From Saprospirales bacterium (GTDB taxonomy: Bacteria > Bacteroidota > Bacteroidia > Chitinophagales > JADIYW01): a stretch of DNA of 64,000 nucleotides. The stretch lies in contig JADJSS010000004.1 of assembly GCA_016711605.1 (NCBI GenBank), positions 2,320 to 66,319 on the forward strand, given 5' to 3'. Made by a program: the position numbers and the translations under genes. Within the stretch, counting starts at the first letter, position 1; each line of letters starts with the position of its first letter. Of the stretch, positions 19,281 to 28,219 are shown piece after piece. The notes under the pieces were generated by a model that had not been told where the DNA came from, did no database searches, and was given only the letters and a program-made list of their open reading frames with translations.

Positions 19281-20423
19281 ATGCAAAAATTCATTTTATT
19301 ATTACTGTTTTTTAATTCATTTCAAAAAATCAGTGCGCAAACTTGGGTCGATTCATTAGATGTGTATGCACGAGAAAAATATATGCCTGCATCAAAATTC
19401 CAATGGACTTGGATGAAAGCTTCTTTGTTATACACCATGGTTAAACAATATGATAATTGCACCGATGAAAAGAAAAAAATATACTTACAATTTATTCAAA
19501 CAGCAATGGATAAAACAGTTGCTGTTGCCAACGGAAAAAAACCAAATGCAGTAGCAGCTGGACTTGGAATGGCATTTTTAGTAAGAGTAACAAAAGAAGA
19601 AAAATATAAAAAAGTTTGTGATAAAATCTTTGCTGATTATATGAAAATAAAACGAACCAAAGAAGGTGGTGTTTCACATTTACGAAACGATGTCGAACTT
19701 TGGGACGATACCGTTTTTATGATTGGTCAATTTTTATTGGAAATGTATAAAGCAACAAATGATGAAAAATACATTGACGAACTTGTAAAACAAATAACCA
19801 TACATCATGATAAATTACAAGATAAAAAAAGTGGACTTTGGGTACATGGTTATGATGAAGACAGAAAATCGCACTGTACTTTTTGCGGACAATTAAACTG
19901 GCCAGAAAAAACAACAGGCAAGAGTGCAGAAGTTTGGGGTCGAGGCAATGGATGGATTGTAGTAACCTTGTCTGATGCTTTAGATATTATACCAAAAACA
20001 AATCCAAATTGGAATCTGTTGGCAACCTACTTAAAAGAAATGATTGAACATTTACCTGAATTGCAAAACCAACAAAACGGACATTGGTATCAGTTACCTG
20101 TGAGAAATACAGAACCTAAAAATTATATTGAAAGCTCTTCAACTGCAATGTTTGCATACGGAATTTCAAAAGCTATTCAATTAGGTTTAGTAAAAGATTT
20201 TACGTATCAAAAAAGTGTTGAATTGGCATATAGTGGTTTGCGAAATTTTAGCATCAAACCAGTTTCAACAAAATACATCACAACTAAAAATGTTTGCAAA
20301 GGAACTTGCATTGGCAACAAAACTTATTATCTAAAACGAAAAGTAAAAAACGAAAAACCATACAGCATTGGTATGTTTATTAATTTTGGAAGATTGTATG
20401 AAGCTCAAAAATTGAAACAATAA
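19281..20423 (+). CDS. Glycoside hydrolase family 88/105-like (unsaturated glucuronyl/rhamnogalacturonyl hydrolase type)
   Basis: It has a signal peptide, LWDDTVFMIGQFLLEMY and WGRGNGWIVVTLSDAL motifs. Confidence 0.7.
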   Translation: MQKFILLLLFFNSFQKISAQTWVDSLDVYAREKYMPASKFQWTWMKASLLYTMVKQYDNCTDEKKKIYLQFIQTAMDKTVAVANGKKPNAVAAGLGMAFLVRVTKEEKYKKVCDKIFADYMKIKRTKEGGVSHLRNDVELWDDTVFMIGQFLLEMYKATNDEKYIDELVKQITIHHDKLQDKKSGLWVHGYDEDRKSHCTFCGQLNWPEKTTGKSAEVWGRGNGWIVVTLSDALDIIPKTNPNWNLLATYLKEMIEHLPELQNQQNGHWYQLPVRNTEPKNYIESSSTAMFAYGISKAIQLGLVKDFTYQKSVELAYSGLRNFSIKPVSTKYITTKNVCKGTCIGNKTYYLKRKVKNEKPYSIGMFINFGRLYEAQKLKQ

Positions 20424-20517
20424 GAAATTAAAAAGAAGATTCAGGTTGAACCTTTTCTTTTATAATAGATTTTGTTTTACTTTAATAATTTCGATAATAA
20501 TTGATCTTGCATTTTAT

Positions 20518-21825
20518 TTAAAGTTCGTTTAATCTTTTTCCTTTATGATTTTTGAAATTGGTGTGTTTAGGTTCGCCAATCACTTGTTTTCCATATATAC
20601 TATTATGTCCTGAAATTAAATAAGCTACAACACAAGCAATAGCAACATAAACGCCACAATCGCTACCAAATAATTCTATTGCCATCATGCTGCATGCAAG
20701 CGGTGTATTGGTTGCACCTGCAAATACTGCCACAAAACCCATTCCTGCCAAAAGTCCAGTTGGTAATGGAATTACATACGATAATGCATTACCTAAGGTT
20801 GCGCCAATAAAAAACAATGGCGTTACTTCGCCACCTTTAAAACTAGCTGCTAGCGTAATGATGGTAAATGCCATTTTTAATACAAAATCGTATGCTGGTA
20901 GATGTTGATTAAATGAATCTACTATGGTCGGAATACCTAAGCCAATGTATTTAGTAGTGCCAATTATCCAAACTGCTATTGCAACCAAAATTCCACCAAC
21001 CAATGGTCGAAATGGCGGAAATGTAATTTTTGATTTGAAAATTGAACTAATGTAATGAATTGTTTTTGTAAATGTTGCGGCACATAAACCGAATGCAATG
21101 CCTGCAAGAATTGCATAAATGATATTGAGAAAAGAAAGTGCTGGAATTAGGTTGATTTGATATTGTGTATGATTGGTGTGCCAAAGTTTAGTAACAAAAT
21201 CTGCGATGATAGCAGCAGCAAATGCAGGAAAAATAGCATCATACTTTAGCCGTCCAATAAGGAATACTTCTAACCCAAAAAGGGCACCAGCTAATGGTGT
21301 GCCAAATACTGAACCAAAACCAGCAGCAATGGCAGCAATAAGTAAGATTTTTCGTTCACTTTCTATTAATCGAAAAGGTTTACTGAATTGATCGGAAATA
21401 GCACCAGCCATTTGTAAAGCAGTGCCTTCGCGACCAGCAGAACCACCCAATAAATGAGTAGCCATTGTTCCAATATAAATAAAAGGAGCCATGCGAAATG
21501 GTATTATTTCTTTTGGATTGTGAATGGAATCAATTAATAAGTTGTTGCCAGCTTCAATATCTTTTCCCAAATAAAAATAAAGTAGACCAATGATAAAACC
21601 ACCAATTGGTAAAAAGGCAATCAACCATAAATGATGTTCACGATAATTAGTTATCCAATCTAAAGATTGTAGAAAACCAGCTGATGCAGAACCAACAGAA
21701 ATACCAATAATTGAACTTATTAAAAGCCATTTTAAAATATATGGTATTGCTGGATGGCGATTAAAAAAATTACGAAATTGCAAATTGATTTTTTCGAAAG
21801 ATGTTTTTTGTTTTGTAGTTGACAT
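20518..21825 (-). CDS. CLC-family channel/antiporter of the fluoride-specific (CLC-F / EriC-F) type
   Basis: It carries GNNLL, GREGT and GGEVTP in place of the canonical GSGIP/GKEGP/GxFxP chloride-CLC motifs. A fluoride riboswitch precedes it. I chose the start MSTTKQK (ATG at 21825) because it follows the riboswitch expression hairpin. Confidence 0.85.
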   Translation of the reverse strand: MSTTKQKTSFEKINLQFRNFFNRHPAIPYILKWLLISSIIGISVGSASAGFLQSLDWITNYREHHLWLIAFLPIGGFIIGLLYFYLGKDIEAGNNLLIDSIHNPKEIIPFRMAPFIYIGTMATHLLGGSAGREGTALQMAGAISDQFSKPFRLIESERKILLIAAIAAGFGSVFGTPLAGALFGLEVFLIGRLKYDAIFPAFAAAIIADFVTKLWHTNHTQYQINLIPALSFLNIIYAILAGIAFGLCAATFTKTIHYISSIFKSKITFPPFRPLVGGILVAIAVWIIGTTKYIGLGIPTIVDSFNQHLPAYDFVLKMAFTIITLAASFKGGEVTPLFFIGATLGNALSYVIPLPTGLLAGMGFVAVFAGATNTPLACSMMAIELFGSDCGVYVAIACVVAYLISGHNSIYGKQVIGEPKHTNFKNHKGKRLNEL

Positions 21826-21858
21826 ATTTCTCCTGATTAAATGTTTTTCCATTAATAA

Positions 21859-21912
21859 TCAGGCGTCATCAGCTTTTTAAGGCGGTTCAAATAGGAAGAC
21901 ACCATTTCCTTT
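21859..21912 (-). promoter_or_regulatory. Fluoride riboswitch (crcB RNA motif)
   Basis: The minus-strand RNA reads AGGAAAUGGUGUCUUCCUAUUUGAACCGCCUUAAAAAGCUGAUGACGCCUGA. P1 is AGGAA/UUCCU. The loop GGUGUC can pair with the 3' GACGCC to form the pseudoknot. The ACCGC...GCUGAUGAcGCCU core matches the crcB consensus. The 3' CCUGAUUA also pairs with UAAUCAGG just before the ATG, which gives a translational expression platform. A TACATTTG -7 box lies at 21932-21925. Confidence 0.78.
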
Positions 21913-22058
21913 TTACGAGTGTTACAAATGTAGTAATTAAAATTTAAGTATACAAACCAGCATATTTCATTTCAGTAGAACAGTATCGAAAATAGGGTTG
22001 AAGTGTTTTTCTATTTGATTGTATTTAAAAATATAAAGTAAATATTTTAGTGCTATTC

Positions 22059-22089
22059 AAAAAAAAACCATCACAAATTTGTGATGGTT
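22059..22089 (-). terminator. Rho-independent terminator after the M13 peptidase gene
   Basis: A 10-bp perfect stem aaccatcaca/tgtgatggtt with loop aatt is followed by a T9 run on the minus strand. Confidence 0.8.
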
Positions 22090-22123
22090 AAAATGGTTAT
22101 AATTCTTATAATATCAGTTTAGA

Positions 22124-24169
22124 TTACCACATGGTTGCTCTTTTTTCTAAAGGGAAAAACATGTTGTCACCTGGTTTTACATTAAACGCATTGTGAAATT
22201 GTGGCAAGTTACCTAAAACACCATTAACTCTAAATTTAGCAGGTGAGTGCTCGTTCGTAAGAATTTGGTTTCTCAATGCTTCCGGACGCATATGATCGCG
22301 CCAAATGATTGCATAATTAACAAAGAAACGTTGTTCAGGTGTTAAACCATTAATTAATTTTGTATTGTCAGGATTTGCTTTTTTAAATGCGTTGTAAGAA
22401 ATAATCATACCACCTAAATCTGCAATATTTTCACCTTGAGTTAATTCGCCGTTCACATGTAAACTATCAATTTCAAACGCATTGTATTGTTCAACAAATT
22501 TATTTGTTAAACCATTGTATGCTTTTTTATCATCTTCAGACCACCAATTTTTCAAGTTTCCGTCGCCATCAAATTGGCTACCTTGATCATCAAAGCCATG
22601 TGTAATTTCGTGGCCAATAACCATACCGATTCCGCCGTAATTTACTGCATCATCGCCATTTGGATAAAAGAAAGGTGGTTGTAAAATTGCTGCTGGAAAC
22701 ACAATTTCATTCATAGTAGGGTTGTAGTATGCATTCACTGTTTGAGGACCCATGCCCCATTCTGTACGGTCAATTTTGTCTTTTTTCAAACGTGCTAAAA
22801 CTCGCAAGTTTTCGTTAGCTGCGCAGTTTAGGTAATTTAAAACATACGCTTGTTTTTTAATGTCTAAGTTTTCATACGTCCACCATTTGTCCGGATAGCC
22901 AATTTTCACATCAATTTTTTGTAATTTATCCAAAGCTTTTGCTTTTGTATCAGCACCCATCCAAGATAATGCACCGATTCTATCTGCAAGAGATGCTTTG
23001 ATATTATTTACTAAAACTAATGAACGAGCTTTTGCTTGAGGTGGAAAGTTTGTTTTTACATATTCTTGTCCAATTATATCACGTAAATAGTTTTCTGCAA
23101 CACCAGAAACACGTTTCCATCTTGGTTCTTTTACTTTTGCACCACTCAATACTTTGCCAAAGAAATCAAAACGAGCATCTACAAATTCTTCACTTAAATA
23201 TTTTGCAGTGCTGTTCATAAATTCAAAAGCCAGGTATGATTTCCATTTATCGTTTGGAATAGCATTTCTTAAACTATCTAAGCCGTGCATAAATTTCACC
23301 TGACCGACTACAATTTCTTTTGGTTCAATATTCATTGGTTTTAAGAAAGCATTCCAATCAATACCACTAAAATCAGTTTTTAATTTTTCGATTGTATATA
23401 AGTTGTAGTTCGCTTCCGGATCGCGCAATTCTACGCGTGATGATGAAACTGTTGCTATTGCTTTTTCTACTTCTAATACATTTTCCATTTGTTGAGAAGC
23501 AGAAATAGATTTGTCAAATTTTGACAACTCAAACAATTTTGTAACGTATTTTTTATATTCTTCTAATGTTTTTTTAGATTTCTCATCTGTACGGAAATAA
23601 AAATCTCTGTCCGGTAAACCCAAACCACCTTGACCAATTTGTAAAATATAACGTGTTGTGTTTTTTGGATCCACATCCACATAATAACCAATAGGCGTAG
23701 TTAAATCGCGCAATCCGCTTTTAGAAATAAACGTATAAAAATCTGCGTTCGTTTTGATATTTTGGATTTCTTTCAACCAACTATCAACTGCACTGATACC
23801 TACTTTATTGATATAAGTAGTATCCATGGCACTTTTATAGAAATCGCCAAGGATTTGCTTGTTCGAACCTTTTGCCGCAGTAGTTGCCGCAGCAGTTGTC
23901 AATATTTTTTTAATAGCTGTTCTGCTTTTTTCTTGTAAAACATCAAACATGCCCCAAGAAATTTTGTCTGGTGCAATTGGATTTTTCTTAATCCAATCAG
24001 CGTTGATGTAGTCAAAGAAGTCATCGCTTGGTTTTATGCTTTTGCTGAAAAGCGATTTATCTAAAACATCTTTTGCAACAGGTTTTGTTGCTGTTGTTTT
24101 GGTTTCACCAAAAATACTGGTTGAAATTCCAATTAAGAATATCGGAATCCATAATTTTTTATTGTTCAT
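22124..24169 (-). CDS. pepO: M13 family zinc metallopeptidase (PepO / endothelin-converting-enzyme-like)
   Basis: It has the HEITHGFD zinc motif, ENIADLGG and a signal peptide after the internal start MNNKKLWIPIFLIG. Confidence 0.9.
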   Translation of the reverse strand: MNNKKLWIPIFLIGISTSIFGETKTTATKPVAKDVLDKSLFSKSIKPSDDFFDYINADWIKKNPIAPDKISWGMFDVLQEKSRTAIKKILTTAAATTAAKGSNKQILGDFYKSAMDTTYINKVGISAVDSWLKEIQNIKTNADFYTFISKSGLRDLTTPIGYYVDVDPKNTTRYILQIGQGGLGLPDRDFYFRTDEKSKKTLEEYKKYVTKLFELSKFDKSISASQQMENVLEVEKAIATVSSSRVELRDPEANYNLYTIEKLKTDFSGIDWNAFLKPMNIEPKEIVVGQVKFMHGLDSLRNAIPNDKWKSYLAFEFMNSTAKYLSEEFVDARFDFFGKVLSGAKVKEPRWKRVSGVAENYLRDIIGQEYVKTNFPPQAKARSLVLVNNIKASLADRIGALSWMGADTKAKALDKLQKIDVKIGYPDKWWTYENLDIKKQAYVLNYLNCAANENLRVLARLKKDKIDRTEWGMGPQTVNAYYNPTMNEIVFPAAILQPPFFYPNGDDAVNYGGIGMVIGHEITHGFDDQGSQFDGDGNLKNWWSEDDKKAYNGLTNKFVEQYNAFEIDSLHVNGELTQGENIADLGGMIISYNAFKKANPDNTKLINGLTPEQRFFVNYAIIWRDHMRPEALRNQILTNEHSPAKFRVNGVLGNLPQFHNAFNVKPGDNMFFPLEKRATMW

Positions 24170-24251
24170 TTTTATTAAATAATTTTGTTGCAAAATTAGT
24201 ATAAAGTAATTAAGAAATATTACACTATTTTAAGTTTATTTACAGTTTAAA

Positions 24252-24824
24252 TTAGTATAATTGTACAGGAAATTCTACTTCGATGTCTGTTTCACCAGCT
24301 GCGTTAGTAATGTCGCCATCAGCAACACCAGCAGCAGATTTATTAGGTTCGTGACGAAGTGTAACACGCAAAGTTCCATTGCTTGTTGTTGCTTTTGCTT
24401 TCAATTTAAATTCAGTTCCAAGTGGTTTTCCGTTATCATCAAATGATAAATAGTTGAAGTTTGAAATAACATCTGTTGGAGTAGATTGATAGAAAAATTG
24501 ATGGTCAGCACTTTCTTCTTCAATTTCATTGCTAATTGTGTCAACAGCTGATGCATCTCTTTCATCCAATATTAATAAAGACGCTAAATACGTTTTTCCG
24601 ACAGGAACTTTTACACTATCAATCGTAGGATTTGCGCCACCTTCACCATCAATATCTTTAAAAATAAAAGTATAAACATTTGCTGGTGTAGCAGAATCTG
24701 TAAGTGTAAGTCTTAATGTTGTAATAAGTTCTGATTCATTTATTGGTGCTGCTGGTTCTTTTTTACAACTTACCATAAATAGAATGGCTGCTAATGTACT
24801 TGCTAATAAGATTTTTTTTGTCAT
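24252..24824 (-). CDS. Small lipoprotein co-oriented downstream of the TonB-dependent receptor
   Basis: It has the lipobox LFMVSC and is a 190-aa beta-rich protein lying 36 nt after the receptor gene. Confidence 0.55.
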   Translation of the reverse strand: MTKKILLASTLAAILFMVSCKKEPAAPINESELITTLRLTLTDSATPANVYTFIFKDIDGEGGANPTIDSVKVPVGKTYLASLLILDERDASAVDTISNEIEEESADHQFFYQSTPTDVISNFNYLSFDDNGKPLGTEFKLKAKATTSNGTLRVTLRHEPNKSAAGVADGDITNAAGETDIEVEFPVQLY

Positions 24825-24860
24825 AATAATTTAATTTAATTGGTTAAAAAATGATTTTAA

Positions 24861-27185
24861 TTAGAGAAATGAATATTTTAATCTGAATGTTAAATTCCAA
24901 CCAAGTTCATCTGCATAATATCTAAAACGATTTAAGTAATCGCGATAAACTGCATTTGAAATATTTTCTGCGCTAACAGAAAAACCAATTTTATTTTTTT
25001 CATTTGCAACATATTCGAAACCAGCATCAACATCAAGTGTTGTATATGCATTCGGTGTGGCTTTGTAATCGATGATTTGAGTTGGTGTATTTTTTTGTTT
25101 AAATACATGTTGTACATTTAAACCTAGATGCACATTTTTTATTTTTTTAAATGAATAATGTGCATCGAAATAAGTTGAAATTCTGTCAGAAGGCATGTAT
25201 ATCAAATTATCTTTTGCAGTAAGATTTTTTCCTCGAACAATACTAGATCGTAAATCAACAGAAAAGAACGAAAATAATTTAAACTTCGACGTAATATCGA
25301 AGCCAATTAAACGAGCATTGGTTTGGTAATATTGAAATGCAGGAAATGCGCCGCGTATTGTTAATACTGGCTCTGGCAATGGTGCTAAATAAATATAGTC
25401 GTTTATTTTGGTGATATAGAATGTCGCTTCAGTTTGAATATAATGTCTAAATTTTCCGATAACTGTTGATGTCCATTTTATACCTTTTTCTGGTTTCAAT
25501 AATTGATTGCCAAATTCTAAAGCAGCAATACCATGATGCAATCCTTCACTGAATAATTCGCTGGCATTTGGAAATCTTGAACTATAAGAAATATTGGTTT
25601 GTAGTTGAATGTTTTCTTTATTATTTTTCCAGCTTGCACCAGCAGCAATTGCATATGTATGAAAATTGAACTTTGGTTTATCCAATTTGTTTTGTTTGTC
25701 ATATTTAAAAGCTAGAAAACGAGTATAGTCATATCGTGCGCCTACTTCAACAATAAAATTTTTAACAGATATTTTTTCCATGTTAAAAACACCAATACTA
25801 TATTGGTAATAATCTGGAATTAATGGACGAATGCCAGTTTCAGGATTGTTTGCATTGTGTTTAGCTAAAAAATTAATACCAGCGTTGCCGTCTAACCGAA
25901 CTTCTTTTTTTGTAAACTGCTTGAACCATTTGTAAGTTGATAGCACATTGTTTGACAACAGTTTTAAATTTAGAGCTGGAATTTCAGAACGACCACCGCG
26001 ACGAATATCAAATTCTTTTCTGTTATTAAATTGAAGAGAATAGATAATATCTAACTTACTTTGATTTTTGAAATAATGTACAATGTTTATTTTTCCTAAA
26101 TGATGTTGTGTTTTTTGTTGTGGATTTTCAAATTTGTAGGTAAATGGTTTTACAATTAAAGGTGTATCACTTGCGATGGCATTTTTAAGATCTGTTAAGT
26201 TTCCGATATGCGAGCTTTTTAAAATAGCAAGCTGCTGATTAAACATGGAATAATAGGTATTGATTTCCCAGTTCTTTTTCAAAAAGCCAAAACCAACGGA
26301 TAAATTACCTTCTTGCAAAGCAGTATTTGATAAATTATAATGTGGTGTTTGTTGGTCGCCAAAACGTTTATAAGTACCTTGAATAAAATATGCAATTCCA
26401 CTTTTAAAACCTTGTTCAATTTTTGCAGAAGAAGTAATACCGCGACCATTCGTTTGGCCAATTAAACTTATAGCTGCTGAAAGATGTTTATTTTTTTGTA
26501 ATTGAGGTGGATCCATTAAAACCAAGCCACCCATTGCGTCGGTACCGTATTCTAAGCTACCTACACCTTTTACTACTCTAATCTGATTCGATGCGAACGG
26601 ATCAATTTCTGGTGCATGTTCCGAGCCCCAATCTTGCGTTTCTAGTTTAACGCCATTATTTATTATTGAAATGCGATCGCCATATAAACCATGAATAATT
26701 GGTTTACTTATGGTTGTACCCGTTTTTAACTGATTGACACCTGCAATAGTAGAAAGTATATTTCCTAAATCTTTTCCTTCTAATTTAGTAAGTGTTTTAT
26801 TGTCAATGGTAGTGGTACTTTGTACAGATTCTTTTTCTATTCTAGAAGTTGTAGTTATTATTTCATTTAGCTCTTCAGCATGATGTTCTAAAAAGAAATT
26901 TTTTGTAATTGATTTTGTTACATTTACTATAACCGTATCAGAAGTACAGCCAATATGATCTATAATAAACGAGTATTTTCCTGGACAAATATTGTTGAAT
27001 TCATAGTATCCATTTGAATCAGCAGCTGTGCCTATTTCTAATTCTTGAATATAAACATTTGCATAATCTAAATTAGATTTGTCATGTTCGTCAATAATGT
27101 TGCCACTTATTTTTAAAGTGCAATTTTGGGAAAATGCATTAAGTGAAAATGAAATAATGAAAATGAAAAATATCTTCTGCAACAT
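24861..27185 (-). CDS. TonB-dependent receptor with an N-terminal carboxypeptidase-regulatory-like domain
   Basis: It has a signal peptide, a CarbopepD_reg-like segment (GNIIDEHDKSNLDYANVYIQELEIGTAADSNGYYEF), a plug domain, a long beta-barrel and a C-terminal aromatic residue (...RLKYSFL). Confidence 0.9.
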   Translation of the reverse strand: MLQKIFFIFIISFSLNAFSQNCTLKISGNIIDEHDKSNLDYANVYIQELEIGTAADSNGYYEFNNICPGKYSFIIDHIGCTSDTVIVNVTKSITKNFFLEHHAEELNEIITTTSRIEKESVQSTTTIDNKTLTKLEGKDLGNILSTIAGVNQLKTGTTISKPIIHGLYGDRISIINNGVKLETQDWGSEHAPEIDPFASNQIRVVKGVGSLEYGTDAMGGLVLMDPPQLQKNKHLSAAISLIGQTNGRGITSSAKIEQGFKSGIAYFIQGTYKRFGDQQTPHYNLSNTALQEGNLSVGFGFLKKNWEINTYYSMFNQQLAILKSSHIGNLTDLKNAIASDTPLIVKPFTYKFENPQQKTQHHLGKINIVHYFKNQSKLDIIYSLQFNNRKEFDIRRGGRSEIPALNLKLLSNNVLSTYKWFKQFTKKEVRLDGNAGINFLAKHNANNPETGIRPLIPDYYQYSIGVFNMEKISVKNFIVEVGARYDYTRFLAFKYDKQNKLDKPKFNFHTYAIAAGASWKNNKENIQLQTNISYSSRFPNASELFSEGLHHGIAALEFGNQLLKPEKGIKWTSTVIGKFRHYIQTEATFYITKINDYIYLAPLPEPVLTIRGAFPAFQYYQTNARLIGFDITSKFKLFSFFSVDLRSSIVRGKNLTAKDNLIYMPSDRISTYFDAHYSFKKIKNVHLGLNVQHVFKQKNTPTQIIDYKATPNAYTTLDVDAGFEYVANEKNKIGFSVSAENISNAVYRDYLNRFRYYADELGWNLTFRLKYSFL

Positions 27186-27190
27186 AATTG

Positions 27191-27198
27191 CAAATATA
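27191..27198 (-). promoter_or_regulatory. Candidate -7 box (TATATTTG) 5 nt upstream of the receptor ATG
   Basis: The minus strand reads gtttTATATTTGcaattATG, which fits TAnnTTTG. This would imply a very short leader for the receptor mRNA. Confidence 0.35.
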
Positions 27199-27240
27199 AA
27201 CTAAAATCCTTTAAAATGCAATTTTGTTGCAAGTTAAAAT

Positions 27241-27515
27241 GTGTATAAAAAATCTCGCATAGAAATATGAGAATGGTTTAATCAAACACACGTTTCGTCT
27301 TGCGGAATACTCTTGTTAGATTGGCTTTTACACATCCAATCAGAGATTGGTTTAATCATTACACACGAGTGATCCTATCGGAACACTCGCGCGAGAGGGG
27401 TTTAGTTGGTCATTGTACCCAACAGGGGTTATCCGGTCGTCCTGGAAGACTGCGGATTACGAGATGACACCATCGGAACACTGCAGATTGGGATTTTAGT
27501 TAGATTCTATTATTT
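27241..27515 (-). other. G+C-enriched non-coding element built from three degenerate ~75-80 bp tandem units (candidate structured RNA or regulatory array)
   Basis: There is no ORF here. On the plus strand, AGAnnGGnTTTA-like boxes start at about 27270, 27319, 27343, 27394, 27424 and 27485. CGGAAnACT boxes lie at about 27303, 27379 and 27473. The middle unit forms a clean hairpin CGAGUGuUCC-GAUA-GGAuCACUCG. A weak hairpin plus U-run at 27245-27270 on the minus strand could be a terminator. Confidence 0.4.
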
Positions 27516-27542
27516 CGAAAAAAGAATTAATTCCATAGCATA

Positions 27543-27572
27543 AAATAAAAAATCTCGACATAAAGTCGAGAT
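27543..27572 (-). terminator. Rho-independent terminator after tRNA-Val
   Basis: An 8-bp perfect stem atctcgac/gtcgagat with a 5-nt loop is followed by a T-rich run on the minus strand. Confidence 0.75.
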
Positions 27573-27581
27573 TTTTCTCTG

Positions 27582-27656
27582 TGGGCGCACACGGGTTCGA
27601 ACCGCGGACCCCCTGCTTGTAAGGCAGGTGCTCTGAACCAGCTGAGCTATGCGCCC
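27582..27656 (-). tRNA. tRNA-Val (anticodon TAC)
   Basis: The sequence GGGCGCATAGCTCAGCTGGTTCAGAGCACCTGCCTTACAAGCAGGGGGTCCGCGGTTCGAACCCGTGTGCGCCCA folds into a full 75-nt cloverleaf with a TTCGAAC T-loop. A TATCTTTG -7 box lies at 27687-27680. Confidence 0.95.
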
Positions 27657-27751
27657 TCTACATTTCTGTAAAGCGAGTGCAAAGATAGGATTATCTTGTT
27701 AAATAAAAAATTTTAGAAGGATTTTTTTATTTTTTTTTAATGCAATCTATT

Positions 27752-28207
27752 TTATTCCTTAATTAACAGTTGTTGGACAGATTTTGCCCAATCAATAATG
27801 ATAGTTTTTTCTGTTGAAGTTAAGGTAGCATCTTTATGAATTAAAGTGTATGAAGATAATGGCATCCATCCTTTTTCTTGAGAGGAAATTACTTTTTCCA
27901 TTTTTTTTCTTGCTTTTTTGTTTTCATAAGAATTAAATTCTGAGAAATTTAATTCTTCTTTACCTTCATTTATATGATTATTTAACCAAAAACCAATAGG
28001 TTGAATGTGTGAATACCATGGATATACAGTGTTATTAGAATGGCAATCAAAACATGCTTTCTTTAATATGGCTTGCACATTTTCTGGTGTGTTGTATTTT
28101 TGTTCAATTGAATTTGAAGATACAATTGAAGTTTGATTTTTTTTTGTTGGAATGAATTGTAATAATACGATTACAATTAATATTCCGAGACCAATTTTTT
28201 TTAGCAT
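27752..28207 (-). CDS. Haem-binding-domain protein (CxxCH), membrane-anchored
   Basis: It has an N-terminal TM helix and the motif CFDCHSNNTVYPWYSHIQPIGFW. Confidence 0.7.
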   Translation of the reverse strand: MLKKIGLGILIVIVLLQFIPTKKNQTSIVSSNSIEQKYNTPENVQAILKKACFDCHSNNTVYPWYSHIQPIGFWLNNHINEGKEELNFSEFNSYENKKARKKMEKVISSQEKGWMPLSSYTLIHKDATLTSTEKTIIIDWAKSVQQLLIKE

Positions 28208-28219
28208 GTTCTTTCTTTT

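Noticed and set aside
27241-27515. A cobalamin or TPP riboswitch upstream of the TonB-dependent receptor
   Set aside because: CCAGGACGACCGG vaguely resembles a B12 box and CCGGAUAAC vaguely resembles part of the TPP aptamer. The diagnostic cores are absent on the relevant strand, namely GGGAA...GGUG...GCCACUG for cobalamin and CUGAGA plus GGGGUGC for TPP. The triple tandem-unit layout fits neither family.
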